From a virus (Duplodnaviria; Caudoviricetes), in the IMG/VR virus record IMGVR_UViG_3300048610_000028, positions 1-44,765 of that record: DNA of 44,765 nt; one strand, 5' to 3'. Each line of letters begins with the position of its first letter. Position 1 is the first letter of the stretch. Below, piece by piece: positions 1-8,960 of this stretch. The notes under the pieces are model-generated. The model had not been told where the DNA came from, searched no databases, and saw only the letters and a list, made by a program, of their open reading frames with translations. Made by a program: the position numbers and the translations under genes.

Positions 1-18
1 ACCTAAGGAGCCACCACC

Positions 19-255
19 GTGACTGACAACCAGCCAGCCCGCTCACTGCGCGCCCCCACCGCCAGCCGTCGCCTGAACGACAGGCACCGCGACACCTTCG
101 CAGCCCATGCGCACCCCACCGCCATCGAGCTCGCGCTCCGCGCCGAGAAGGCTGAGCGCCGCCGTGTGGACAGCCGGATCGCGTGGCTGGAAGACCTCCT
201 CGCTCGTCGGAACCGGGAGATCGCGGAAGGCACCTGGCCTACCGCCACCCCGTGA
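19..255 (+). CDS. hypothetical phage protein
   Basis: GTG start after AAGGAG SD; 78 aa, GC3-rich codons. Confidence 0.65.
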   Translation: MTDNQPARSLRAPTASRRLNDRHRDTFAAHAHPTAIELALRAEKAERRRVDSRIAWLEDLLARRNREIAEGTWPTATP

Positions 256-268
256 CGGAACACGAAGT

Positions 269-297
269 GGCCCCTCCCGCAGCAACCGGGAGGGGCC
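269..297 (+). terminator. GC-rich hairpin (possible terminator or RNA-processing stem)
   Basis: GGCCCCTCCCG...CGGGAGGGGCC, an 11-bp inverted repeat right after the stop codon; no U-tract. Confidence 0.4.
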
Positions 298-336
298 TGG
301 ACCCAGCCAACCACACGACACCCGCAGGAGACCCAC

Positions 337-723
337 ATGCAGCCCCGCCGCATCCAACGCCGCCGCACCAAAGGCTGGCGAGCCCCCGAGCACGCCACCT
401 ACGTCGGACGGCCCACCCGCTTCGGCAACCCATTCCGCGTCGTCCCGGCCGCATCCCGCCGAGGCGGCCCACTCGACATGTGGGCCGTCCAATACCAGGA
501 CCGCACCCTCGCCCGCTGGGACGACAAGACCGCAGCACGGGCGGACGCCACTGACCGGTACGACCGATGGATCCGCGAGCCTGAGCAAGCCGAACAGCTG
601 CGCCTGTTCCGTGCTCTGCTCCACGGCCGGGACCTCACCTGCTGGTGCCCACTCCCCGCCAACGGCCAGCCCGACCACTGCCACGCCGCAGTCCTGCTCC
701 AGCTCGCCAACCAGCCCGCCTGA
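337..723 (+). CDS. DUF4326-family protein
   Basis: RIQRRRTKGWR...YVGRPTRFGNPF...LHGRDLTCWCP...CHAAVLL matches the DUF4326 pattern; AGGAG SD. Confidence 0.85.
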   Translation: MQPRRIQRRRTKGWRAPEHATYVGRPTRFGNPFRVVPAASRRGGPLDMWAVQYQDRTLARWDDKTAARADATDRYDRWIREPEQAEQLRLFRALLHGRDLTCWCPLPANGQPDHCHAAVLLQLANQPA

Positions 724-767
724 CCCGCCATCCGGTTCCGCGCCCGCACCCGCCCAAGGAGGACCCC

Positions 768-1175
768 ATGAACCACCAGACCACCACCCGCCAGCCGCTC
801 ACCGACCAGCAGCTCGACGACATCGAAGCCCGAGCAGCCGCCGCCACCCGAGGACCGTGGCGACAGGACGACTTCGCCGAGATCAAAAGCCCGGACGGCG
901 ACACCATCGCCGACTACTGGGAGCCGACCCACACCTCCCGCAACGGCGAGTTCATCACCCGCGCCCGGGAGGACGTGCCCGCCCTGCTCGCCGAGATCCG
1001 CCGCCTCCGCGCCGCCAACGCTGAGCTCGCGCAGGCCATCCGCCTCACCCGCGAATACGTCGGCGAAGACCTGCTCCCCGCAGTGGAGGGCTGGTCCTGG
1101 TACGACGCGCTCCGCCGCCACGCGCCCCACGAGCTCCCCGCTGACCGGGACGCCGAGGCCGCCACCGACGCCTGA
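768..1175 (+). CDS. hypothetical phage protein (Ead/Ea22-like N-terminus)
   Basis: AAGGAGG SD before ATG 768; LDDIEARAAAATRGPW...NGEFITRAREDVPALLAEIRRL is a common actinophage motif. Confidence 0.75.
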   Translation: MNHQTTTRQPLTDQQLDDIEARAAAATRGPWRQDDFAEIKSPDGDTIADYWEPTHTSRNGEFITRAREDVPALLAEIRRLRAANAELAQAIRLTREYVGEDLLPAVEGWSWYDALRRHAPHELPADRDAEAATDA

Positions 1176-1228
1176 CCGCCCCCGGCCCGGCCGCCGTCGC
1201 GTGGCCGGGCCCCAACCCGGAGGACACC

Positions 1229-1648
1229 GTGACCCACCAGCACCCCACAGAACGCGCCCTGTCGCCGTCTCACGGCCCCGCAGCCCCTTCCGGGCCCCTC
1301 GCATCACCCGGAGGGCTGAACGCGCCTGAGGCGGACGCACAGCCGTCCGACGACCGTGCCGCGCTCCGCGACCGCATCGCCCAGGCCATCCACGACGACC
1401 TCACCGCACACAGGGGGCGGCTCGACCAGGGCCTACTCGGCATCGTGCCGCGCCTCACCGACGCGGTGCTGGCCGTACTGCCCGACCACACCGCAGTGCG
1501 CGCCGCCGCGCTCAACGAGGGCGCCAACGCCGTAGCCCGCGCCACCGGCAGCCAGCTCGACACCAACGTCAAGCTGCTGCGCCGCCTGGCCACCGAGCCC
1601 CAGCCCGCCGCCGCCCGCACCGACGACACCACCGGAGCCTCATCGTGA
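1229..1648 (+). CDS. hypothetical phage protein
   Basis: GGAGG SD, GTG start, overlaps the next gene (GTGA). Confidence 0.65.
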   Translation: MTHQHPTERALSPSHGPAAPSGPLASPGGLNAPEADAQPSDDRAALRDRIAQAIHDDLTAHRGRLDQGLLGIVPRLTDAVLAVLPDHTAVRAAALNEGANAVARATGSQLDTNVKLLRRLATEPQPAAARTDDTTGASS

Positions 1649-2076
1649 CCGAACCGCCCTGCCCGTTCTGCGAGATCGTCGCCGGACGCGCACCCGCCAC
1701 CATCCTCCGCGAGTGGCCCGAAGCCATCGCGATCGTCCCCCTCAACCCCGTCTGCGACGGCCACACCCTGATCATCCCCCGGGCACACATCGCCGACGCC
1801 CTCACCGACCCCGCCGTCACCGCCACCACCACCCAGCGCGCCGCCGAATGGACCGCCGAACGGTGGCCGCACGCCAACATCCTCACGTCGATCGGAGCCC
1901 CCGCGACACAGAGCGTCTTCCACCTGCACGTCCACGTAGTGCCCAGAGCGGCAGGGGATCAACTGATGCTGCCATGGGGCACCACCGGGGACCCTCACGC
2001 CCCGCACTGGTGCAAGGTCGCTCAGCGCCTCAAGGACCAACTCGACCACCTCGCCGACACCGAGGCGGGTGCGTGA
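1645..2076 (+). CDS. HIT-family nucleotide hydrolase (copy 1)
   Basis: CPFC N-terminus, PLNPVCDGHTLIIPRAH, QSVFHLHVHVVPR (histidine triad). Confidence 0.92.
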   Translation: MTEPPCPFCEIVAGRAPATILREWPEAIAIVPLNPVCDGHTLIIPRAHIADALTDPAVTATTTQRAAEWTAERWPHANILTSIGAPATQSVFHLHVHVVPRAAGDQLMLPWGTTGDPHAPHWCKVAQRLKDQLDHLADTEAGA

Positions 2077-2276
2077 TGGCCGGCCCGTCCAGCGCCCCGC
2101 GCGGTGAGCACACACCCGGCCCCGGGGTCACCTGGCAGACCCACCTCACCGGTACCGAAGTCGTCGTCCTCGACGGCGACGACACCAGCACGCCAGACAC
2201 GAACGAGCCGGCCCCGCCCCGGCCCAACCGGGCCACCAGGCGCGCCATGCAGCGCGCAGCACGGAGGAAGACGTGA
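2076..2276 (+). CDS. hypothetical protein
   Basis: TGATG coupling with the HIT gene; ends in NRATRRAMQRAARRK, common in small actinophage proteins. Confidence 0.6.
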   Translation: MAGPSSAPRGEHTPGPGVTWQTHLTGTEVVVLDGDDTSTPDTNEPAPPRPNRATRRAMQRAARRKT

Positions 2277-3043
2277 CCGACCGCCTGCCACTGGACCAGC
2301 ACACCGACGCCACCCTCACCGAGCTGTACGAGCGGCTGGAGCAAGCCCGCCGCTGGTCCGTCCACCTGGAGAAAGAACTGGCCGCCGCCCAGCACCAGAC
2401 CGCCATCGACGTGCAGGTCATGAAGAAAGCCGACCAGCAGCTCGACGACATCGCCGGAGCCGCCAGGAAGTTCAAGGCGTGGGGCGAGGAGCAGCACGTC
2501 CGCGCCGCCCGCGCCGAGGCCGAGCGGGAGCGGCTTCGTACCCGCCTCGGGAGCGCCCTCGCCTGCGTGCGGCTCCTGCGCATCTACGCCGACGGCCTCG
2601 ACCACGGCCGCCACGTCGACGCATCCGACGTCGCACGCCGTATCCGCCGCATCCTCACCGGGCTCGATGACCGGCCGGTCGGCGACCCGGAGCCGCAGCG
2701 CCAACTCGCTGCAGCCATCGAGGCGCTCGGTCGCTCGGAGACGGAACTCACCGAAGCCCGCCGCCGGATCGAGACCCTGGAGCACGTCGCGGCGGGCAAC
2801 AAGCGGCATGTCCAGCTGATCGTGCCCGAGCTGGAGCGCGCCGTAGCCGAGCGGGACCAGCACGCCGCACAACTCACCGCCGCACGGAAGCTCCACCAGC
2901 CCGGCAAGGACTGGTCCTGGAAAACCTTCGGCTGCACCCACGACGGCGCACACGAAGCACGCTGCACCAACTGCGGCCACTGCCACCCCTGCCCGACGAT
3001 CCGCGCACTCGACCCCGCCACCGAGGGGAGCGCCTCGTGCTGA
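2273..3043 (+). CDS. coiled-coil protein with Cys/His-rich C-terminus
   Basis: GTGA coupling, GGAGG SD; heptad-rich; CTNCGHCHPCPT tail. Confidence 0.7.
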   Translation: MTDRLPLDQHTDATLTELYERLEQARRWSVHLEKELAAAQHQTAIDVQVMKKADQQLDDIAGAARKFKAWGEEQHVRAARAEAERERLRTRLGSALACVRLLRIYADGLDHGRHVDASDVARRIRRILTGLDDRPVGDPEPQRQLAAAIEALGRSETELTEARRRIETLEHVAAGNKRHVQLIVPELERAVAERDQHAAQLTAARKLHQPGKDWSWKTFGCTHDGAHEARCTNCGHCHPCPTIRALDPATEGSASC

Positions 3044-3180
3044 CCGCCATCGCCATCCTCGCCACCGCCGCCCTGCTCCTCGCCCCGCCTGTGGTGGCGC
3101 TGTGGCGGCAACACCACCGCACCGACTGGGACCAGCAGATGCGTCGGCTCACCCGACAGCACCAGAAAGGCCACCGATGA
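3037..3180 (+). CDS. small membrane protein (47 aa)
   Basis: GTG 3037 reads MLTAIAILATAALLLAPPVVALWRQHH...; fills the gap and couples to ATG 3177. Not in the ORF track. Confidence 0.5.
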   Translation: MLTAIAILATAALLLAPPVVALWRQHHRTDWDQQMRRLTRQHQKGHR

Positions 3181-3536
3181 CCCAACGCCAGTCCATCCAG
3201 CCCACCTACGACAGCCGCGAGACCGGCCCCCGCTACCACGTCACCAGCCGCATCAACGACCGCACGGTCACGTTCCAGCAGTCGCTCGACGACCCGTTCG
3301 TGCGGCACACCGTGCACCTCGGATGGCGCGATCTCCTGCGCGGACTGCTGCGCCGCCGCCTGGCCGTCACCGTCATCGTCGGAGCCGACCCGGAGCTGAT
3401 GGACGACGTGATGGAGCTGGACGCCAACACGCTCGTGCCCGGATCGACCCGGCGCGACGAGTTCAACCAGGGGATCAACAACGCGCTCGCCTTCCACGGC
3501 AAGCGGATCATCAGCCAGGACGGAGACCCCCGATGA
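3177..3536 (+). CDS. hypothetical protein
   Basis: ATGA coupling, GAAAGG SD. Confidence 0.65.
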   Translation: MTQRQSIQPTYDSRETGPRYHVTSRINDRTVTFQQSLDDPFVRHTVHLGWRDLLRGLLRRRLAVTVIVGADPELMDDVMELDANTLVPGSTRRDEFNQGINNALAFHGKRIISQDGDPR

Positions 3537-3769
3537 CCGATGTGCGCAGCAACGCGAACCCGGCCGACGGAAAACGCCGCACCGAAACACGGTGGGTCGT
3601 CGACTGCGGGTACCAGGGCCGCTGGAGCGCCACGAGCGGGCGATACTCCGACCGCTCCGCTGCACTCGCCTATCTCCGGCAGCGCCAGGCCGCCGTGCCC
3701 CAAGAGGACCTGCGCCTCGTGCGGGAGACCACCACCATCACCGCCACCGTTGAGGACACCGCCCGATGA
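3533..3769 (+). CDS. hypothetical protein
   Basis: ATGA couplings on both sides. Confidence 0.6.
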   Translation: MTDVRSNANPADGKRRTETRWVVDCGYQGRWSATSGRYSDRSAALAYLRQRQAAVPQEDLRLVRETTTITATVEDTAR

Positions 3770-4200
3770 CCGACACCACCCCCGCCGACGAGCTACGCGC
3801 CGCAGTCGAGAAGCTGCGCACGCTGACCACCGACCTTGGCGACTGTCGAGGCCCCTGGTACGTCGTGAACCGGGCCCAGCGCCCGTACCCGCAGCGCATC
3901 GACAACATCGGCGTCCCCTACGTCGTCGCCAGCACCACCACCGATCCGGGCTATCCGCCGACGATCGCGGACTACATCGCCGCCATGCACCCGGGCGTTG
4001 GCCTGGCCGTGGCCGACTGGCTGGCCGAGGTCGCCGACCTTCACGAGCCGAAGCTGCGCGGACACGGCGCCCTGGTCCCGCCCGGCTGCCAGTGGTGCGA
4101 GGACGAGGACTGGCCCTGCGCCGATACGCGGCGCGCCCTCGCGGTGGCCCGCGCCATCAACCAGCAGCAGCCCCGCGAGACAGGCCAGGAGACCACCTGA
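3766..4200 (+). CDS. hypothetical phage protein
   Basis: MTDTTPADELRAAVEKLR...IAAMHPGVGLAVADWL, a recurrent Streptomyces phage motif. Confidence 0.7.
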   Translation: MTDTTPADELRAAVEKLRTLTTDLGDCRGPWYVVNRAQRPYPQRIDNIGVPYVVASTTTDPGYPPTIADYIAAMHPGVGLAVADWLAEVADLHEPKLRGHGALVPPGCQWCEDEDWPCADTRRALAVARAINQQQPRETGQETT

Positions 4201-4334
4201 CCCCTCCGGCGCATTTGCCGATTCCCGCTGTCACAACGGCGCTCAGAGCGCCTAACCCGGCTCGCAGGCCCCACGCAGCCACTGAGCCTCTGAGCGCCAG
4301 CCACAACCCCGAACCCGAGAACAGGAGCCAACAC

Positions 4335-4592
4335 GTGATCACCCACCCCGCATGCGGCAAAAACTGGACCGGCCTCCGCCGCGCCCACTGCCCGGTCTGC
4401 TGCGAAACCTTCAACAGCGACTCCGCCGCCGAGAAGCACCGCCGAGGCACCCACGGCATCGACCGCCGCTGCCTCCCGCCCGCCGAGGCCGGGCTGGTCC
4501 CCACCGAGCAGCCGTGGGGCATCTGCTGGCAGGCCCCCGGCAGCGACATCCGGTTCACCGACCGCGCAGACACCGCCCGGGAGGCAGCGTGA
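4335..4592 (+). CDS. small zinc-binding protein (FDXHR-like)
   Basis: AGGAG SD, GTG 4335; CGKNWTGLRRAHCPVCCETFNSDSAAEKHR...RCLPPAEAGL. Confidence 0.7.
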   Translation: MITHPACGKNWTGLRRAHCPVCCETFNSDSAAEKHRRGTHGIDRRCLPPAEAGLVPTEQPWGICWQAPGSDIRFTDRADTAREAA

Positions 4593-5467
4593 ATACCCAC
4601 GACCAGGCCGCCGCACCCACCGACGCCGACCGGCTGTGGACGCTGGAGACCGCGCTCCGCCGCGTCCGCGAAGCGGTAGCCATCGACCAGCCCGACCCGG
4701 ACCGGCGCGTGCTCCGGCCCCGCACCTTCCCCAGCAAACTCCGCTACTGCTCCCGCAAACTCGGCGAAGCCCGAGACCAACTCGCCAGCGGCACCAACCG
4801 AGCCGACATACTCAACACCCTCACCGCCGTAGCCCTCCAACTCGACCTGATGGCAAACGACACCGAGGACAGCGACCACGACGACCAGCCCAGTGATGCA
4901 GGCGGCGATACGGGCCAGGAGGACGCTGGAGGACCGCACAGCCCGCCGGACGCCATCCCGCCCGACGACCCGTACAACACCACCGCCCAGATCGCCGACT
5001 GTGTTCACCCCGAGGGCTACGACGGCGAATGCCCATGCCTGACCGGATGCGGCTGCTGCAAGGCCGCCGTGGCACCCCATCCGGCAGCGACCCAAGCGAC
5101 AGAGCCCGGGACCAAGGTCCGCGACAAGGACGCCGAACTCCGCGCCGCAAGCGAGCACATCGCCCGCCTCACCGCCGAACTCACCGAAACCCAAGCCACC
5201 GCCTGGACCCCGCCCCCGCCCGGCGACACACGCGAACAACTCCCCGACCACCTACTCGCCCTCATCCAGCCGCTCCTGCCCGACTACACCTCCACCGCCT
5301 GCCAGACCGCCGAGGCCGCCGAGCGCGCCGCCAAGACGCATCGCACCGAGCGGCCATGGCTCAACGCCCACGCCGAAGAACTCCACGCCCGCTGCCGGAC
5401 CAATCACAAGTTCACCGGCCAGCTCTGCTGCTGCGACTGCCACACCGACACCACGCAGGAGCCCTGA
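4589..5467 (+). CDS. hypothetical mosaic protein, Cys-rich
   Basis: GTGA coupling, GGAGG SD; CPCLTGCGCC and CRTNHKFTGQLCCCDCH motifs. Confidence 0.65.
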   Translation: MNTHDQAAAPTDADRLWTLETALRRVREAVAIDQPDPDRRVLRPRTFPSKLRYCSRKLGEARDQLASGTNRADILNTLTAVALQLDLMANDTEDSDHDDQPSDAGGDTGQEDAGGPHSPPDAIPPDDPYNTTAQIADCVHPEGYDGECPCLTGCGCCKAAVAPHPAATQATEPGTKVRDKDAELRAASEHIARLTAELTETQATAWTPPPPGDTREQLPDHLLALIQPLLPDYTSTACQTAEAAERAAKTHRTERPWLNAHAEELHARCRTNHKFTGQLCCCDCHTDTTQEP

Positions 5468-5470
5468 CCG

Positions 5471-5719
5471 ATGGACTTCTCCGACGCCCTCCGCGCCCTC
5501 GCCGACGGGCAGCGTGTCACCCGAGCCGACTGGGCCACCTGCGGCCGCTGCGCCCTCTGGGTCGAGCGCCACGTCCCCGGCCCGGACGACCACGGCGCCA
5601 ACACCCCATACCTCCTCCAGACCTTCGCCAACGGCGTACGCCAGCCCTACCAGCCCAGCCAACGCGACATGGACGCCACCAACTGGCACACCGTCCCCAC
5701 CACCCAGAAGGAGAACTGA
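5471..5719 (+). CDS. DUF2829/Tad2-like protein (candidate cyclic-nucleotide sponge, anti-Thoeris/anti-CBASS)
   Basis: MDFSDALRALADGQRVTRADW...PYLLQTFANGVRQPYQPSQRDMDATNW fits the family pattern MxFxxAlxxLkxGxxVxRxxW...PYi...pw.pSqxDlxAxDW. Confidence 0.7.
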   Translation: MDFSDALRALADGQRVTRADWATCGRCALWVERHVPGPDDHGANTPYLLQTFANGVRQPYQPSQRDMDATNWHTVPTTQKEN

Positions 5720-5721
5720 CC

Positions 5722-6309
5722 ATGCCCGAGCCTGACCCCCGTATCGCCCTCACGTTGATGTTCGCCAGCAGCGACAAGCCATCCGCCGTCGCCACCCGCG
5801 TCGGCGAAGTCGTCGCCGCCGAAGTCGCCGCGCCGCTGATCGGCATGAACTGGACGGCCTTCGACCTCTCTGAGGACGACACTGAAGACGATGAGCCCGA
5901 CTGGGAGACCATCGCGAAGCAGCGCGAGACCGAGCGGGACCACTGGCAGCGCGCGGCCGACGAGATCGGCAAGCTGTACGCCGCGGCCGAGAACCAGCGC
6001 GACGACGCCCGAGCCGAACGGGACCAGGCGTATCGGGAGCGCGCCCACCTCGTAGCCCTCCTAGCCGCCCAACACCCCGCCGTCATCGCCCCCGCACTGG
6101 ACCTGGACGAGCCCGGCTGGTGGATCGTCTACCTCACCATCGGCGGCCACCAGTGCTCCTGGCACATCAGCCCACGGGATGCCGGACTCTTCACCCACGT
6201 CGAACGCGTTGAGCCGGACGACCCGCGCGCCCAGTGGGACGGCCACACCACCGAACAGAAGTACCAGCACATCACCGCGCACACCGCCCAACTCACGAAG
6301 GGAGCCTGA
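5722..6309 (+). CDS. hypothetical protein with C-terminal WDGH-motif domain
   Basis: AAGGAG SD; AYRERAHLVALL...GWWIVYL...QCSWHI...WDGHTTEQKY. Confidence 0.7.
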   Translation: MPEPDPRIALTLMFASSDKPSAVATRVGEVVAAEVAAPLIGMNWTAFDLSEDDTEDDEPDWETIAKQRETERDHWQRAADEIGKLYAAAENQRDDARAERDQAYRERAHLVALLAAQHPAVIAPALDLDEPGWWIVYLTIGGHQCSWHISPRDAGLFTHVERVEPDDPRAQWDGHTTEQKYQHITAHTAQLTKGA

Positions 6310-6312
6310 GCC

Positions 6313-6540
6313 ATGGGATGGGGATCAGCCGGACACAAGATCTTCGACCCGGTCGCCCACGCGCTCATCGAAGCCAGCGCCTCCGACGAGCAGAAGGAAG
6401 ACGTCCTCGGGGCGCTCATCTGCAACCTGCAAGGCGAGGACTGGGACACCGAGTTGGACAGCCTCCAGCGCTTCCTCGACGACCCCGCGATCGTCCGGGC
6501 GTTCGCCAACAACGGCATCCACTGGCCCGACGACGCCTGA
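6313..6540 (+). CDS. hypothetical acidic protein
   Basis: AAGGGAG SD, 75 aa, good codon bias. Confidence 0.65.
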   Translation: MGWGSAGHKIFDPVAHALIEASASDEQKEDVLGALICNLQGEDWDTELDSLQRFLDDPAIVRAFANNGIHWPDDA

Positions 6541-6551
6541 ACGCACGGCAA

Positions 6552-6585
6552 GGGGCGCGCCCGCCCGGAGCAGCAGGCGCGCCCC
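6552..6585 (+). terminator. GC-rich hairpin between the early genes and the small terminase
   Basis: GGGGCGCGCC...GGCGCGCCCC 10-bp inverted repeat. Confidence 0.4.
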
Positions 6586-6615
6586 ACACCGCACCATGAG
6601 CACAAGGAGGCGACC

Positions 6616-7203
6616 ATGACCGAACCCACCGACCGGCCCCGCGACGGCACAGGCCGATTCATCCGCACCACCGAAACCGCCGAACGCGACGCCCAAGCAG
6701 CACGCCTCCGCAACACCGGCCTCGGCTACCGGCAGATCGCCGAGCAGCTCGGATTCGCAGACAAAGGCGACGCCTGGCGCGCCGTCCAACGCGCCCTCAC
6801 CGACATCGTCCGCGAACCCGCCGAGCAACTCCGCGCCACCGAAGCCTCACGCCTCGATGACCTGTACGTCGAGGCCCTGGAGATCCTCGAACGCGACCAC
6901 GTCATGGTCTCCCACGGCAAAGTCATCGAAGGCCCCGGCGGCCGCCCGCTCCTCGACGACGGGCCGAAACTCGCCGCCATCGACCGCGCCCGGCAGATCC
7001 GCGAGTCCTACCGCAAACTCTTCGGTGTCGATGCAGCCAAGCAGATCGACGTCGCCCTCGAACACCGCCTCGACCTCGATGCGGACCTCGTCGCCGACGC
7101 CCTCGCCGCAGCGCTCGACGCGGTCGACCTGACCGATGAGCAGCGCGCGGCGGCGCTGGCTGCGGCGCAGCAGCGGCTGGAAGCGGCAGACACCCCGGAA
7201 TGA
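6616..7203 (+). CDS. putative terminase small subunit (HTH)
   Basis: AAGGAGG SD; ERDAQAARLRNTGLGYRQIAEQLGF HTH; RLDDL...AIDRARQIRESYRKLFGVDA is typical of actinophage TerS; first gene of the late region. Confidence 0.7.
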   Translation: MTEPTDRPRDGTGRFIRTTETAERDAQAARLRNTGLGYRQIAEQLGFADKGDAWRAVQRALTDIVREPAEQLRATEASRLDDLYVEALEILERDHVMVSHGKVIEGPGGRPLLDDGPKLAAIDRARQIRESYRKLFGVDAAKQIDVALEHRLDLDADLVADALAAALDAVDLTDEQRAAALAAAQQRLEAADTPE

Positions 7204-7227
7204 TCTTGGCGGGGTGCCGTGCATCCT
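7195..7227 (+). promoter_or_regulatory. late-promoter-like motif copy 1 (CCGGAATGATCTT-N14-CATCCT), leaderless ATG 7 nt downstream
   Basis: Exact 13-mer repeated five times with a fixed distance to a -10-like hexamer. Confidence 0.75.
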
Positions 7228-7234
7228 CCCCGCC

Positions 7235-8272
7235 ATGAAGATTCTCCTGACCGGCGCCGCCGGCTTCGTCGGCTCCCACGTACTGCGACACCTGCTCGCT
7301 ACCACAGACGCCGGCATCGTCTGCCCGGTCAGCTTCCGCCACAAAGGGCTACCCGCGCGGATCGCCTCAGCCGTCCACGGCCTCGACTGGCAGCAGCGGG
7401 TCGACATCGTCCACTGGGACATGCGCGCCCCAGCCGACCCCCTGACACTGCGCACCTTCGAAGGCTGCGACGTCATCATGAACGTCGCCAGCGAAAGCCA
7501 CGTCGACCGCAGCATCGAAGATCCGGTGGGCTTCACCACCAACAACGTCGCACTGATGCTGAACATCCTGGAAGTCGCACGGAAGATCCAGCCCAGGCTG
7601 GTACTCCAGATGTCCACGGACGAGGTGTACGGCCCCGCGTACGGCACACACCGCCACAAGGAGTGGGAAGCGGTCGTCCCGTCCAACCCGTACTCCGGCT
7701 CCAAAGCAGCGCAAGAGGCGATCGCGACTGCGTACTGGCGCACCTACGGCGTTCCCTTGATCATCACCAACACCATGAACATCATCGGGGAGACACAAGA
7801 CCCGGAGAAGTTCGTCCCGATGGTCATCCGGAACCTGCGGGACCAGCAGCACATCACCGTCCACACATCCCCAGACGGCACCCCCGGGAGCCGGTTCTAC
7901 CTCCACGCCCGCAACCTCGCCGACGCGTGGCTGTTCCTGACGCAGCGGACAGAAGAAGTCCCCGACGTGATCAGCATGTACTCCGGGGGAGCCTCGCGTC
8001 CGAACCGCTTCCACATCGTGGGAGAGCGAGAGGTGGACAACGTGGCGATGGTGCACCAGGTTGCCGCCGCTATGGGCATGGAGCAGGACGCCGCCGACCG
8101 GCTGATTGTCCCGGTCAGCTTCCACGCCTCCCGCCCTGGCCATGATCTGCGGTACGCGCTCGACGGGACGTGGCTGGCGTCGATCGGCTGGAAACCGCCG
8201 GTGTCCCTGGAGGAGTCGCTGGAGCGCACGGTGAAGTGGACGCTGGAGCGCCCGGAATGGCTGGCGGTGTGA
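7235..8272 (+). CDS. rmlB: dTDP-glucose 4,6-dehydratase (RmlB-like extended SDR)
   Basis: TGAAGFVG, ASESHVDRSI, STDEVYG, PSNPYSGSK (YxxxK), RPGHDLRYALD. Confidence 0.9.
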   Translation: MKILLTGAAGFVGSHVLRHLLATTDAGIVCPVSFRHKGLPARIASAVHGLDWQQRVDIVHWDMRAPADPLTLRTFEGCDVIMNVASESHVDRSIEDPVGFTTNNVALMLNILEVARKIQPRLVLQMSTDEVYGPAYGTHRHKEWEAVVPSNPYSGSKAAQEAIATAYWRTYGVPLIITNTMNIIGETQDPEKFVPMVIRNLRDQQHITVHTSPDGTPGSRFYLHARNLADAWLFLTQRTEEVPDVISMYSGGASRPNRFHIVGEREVDNVAMVHQVAAAMGMEQDAADRLIVPVSFHASRPGHDLRYALDGTWLASIGWKPPVSLEESLERTVKWTLERPEWLAV

Positions 8273-8946
8273 CCGGCCTGTACCGCGCCGTGGTGATCCC
8301 GACTCGGGACCGGCACGACATGGTGGCCGACTGCATCAACTCCGTGGTGGACCAGGTCGACTGGGTCGTCGTCATCGACAACCTGTCCGAGCCGCCGATC
8401 GACCCGGATCCCTGGCACGGCAAGGTCAACGTGGTACCGCTGCAAATCGACCCGCCCAACATCAGCATCCTGTGGAACTTCGGCTTGGAAATCGCCGAGA
8501 CCGGCGCCACCGTGCTAGGCGCCGACCAGTGGGACGTCGCTGTCCTCAACTCCGATGTGACTGTGCCGCCCGGCTGGATCGAGACGCTGTCCGACGCGAT
8601 GCGCTCGACCACTGCCGTCCTCGCCTACCCCGACCAGCACGGCGGCACGAAACAGATCCTCCACACGAAGGCCGGACCGATCGACTTGCGCACGAGGATC
8701 ACCGGCTACGCGTTCATGATGCGCGGCGAAGTAGAGCAGCGGTTCGACGAGGACCTCGCATGGTGGTACGGCGACGACTCGGCCGACTGGTGGGCTCGCG
8801 AGCACGGCGGGGCGCTCCTCGTGCCCGACATCCCCGTCGAACACCGCTGCCCCAACGGATCCATGTACGAGCGCCCCGAGTTGCAGCAGCAGGCCGCTCG
8901 CGACCGGGAGACCTTCCGACAGAAGTGGGGGCGCACCCCATGGTGA
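8269..8946 (+). CDS. GT-A (GT2-like) glycosyltransferase
   Basis: VVIPTRDR, VVVIDNLS, VAVLNSDV, RFDEDLAWWYGDD. Confidence 0.8.
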   Translation: MTGLYRAVVIPTRDRHDMVADCINSVVDQVDWVVVIDNLSEPPIDPDPWHGKVNVVPLQIDPPNISILWNFGLEIAETGATVLGADQWDVAVLNSDVTVPPGWIETLSDAMRSTTAVLAYPDQHGGTKQILHTKAGPIDLRTRITGYAFMMRGEVEQRFDEDLAWWYGDDSADWWAREHGGALLVPDIPVEHRCPNGSMYERPELQQQAARDRETFRQKWGRTPW

Positions 8947-8960
8947 ACAGGAGCAGCACG

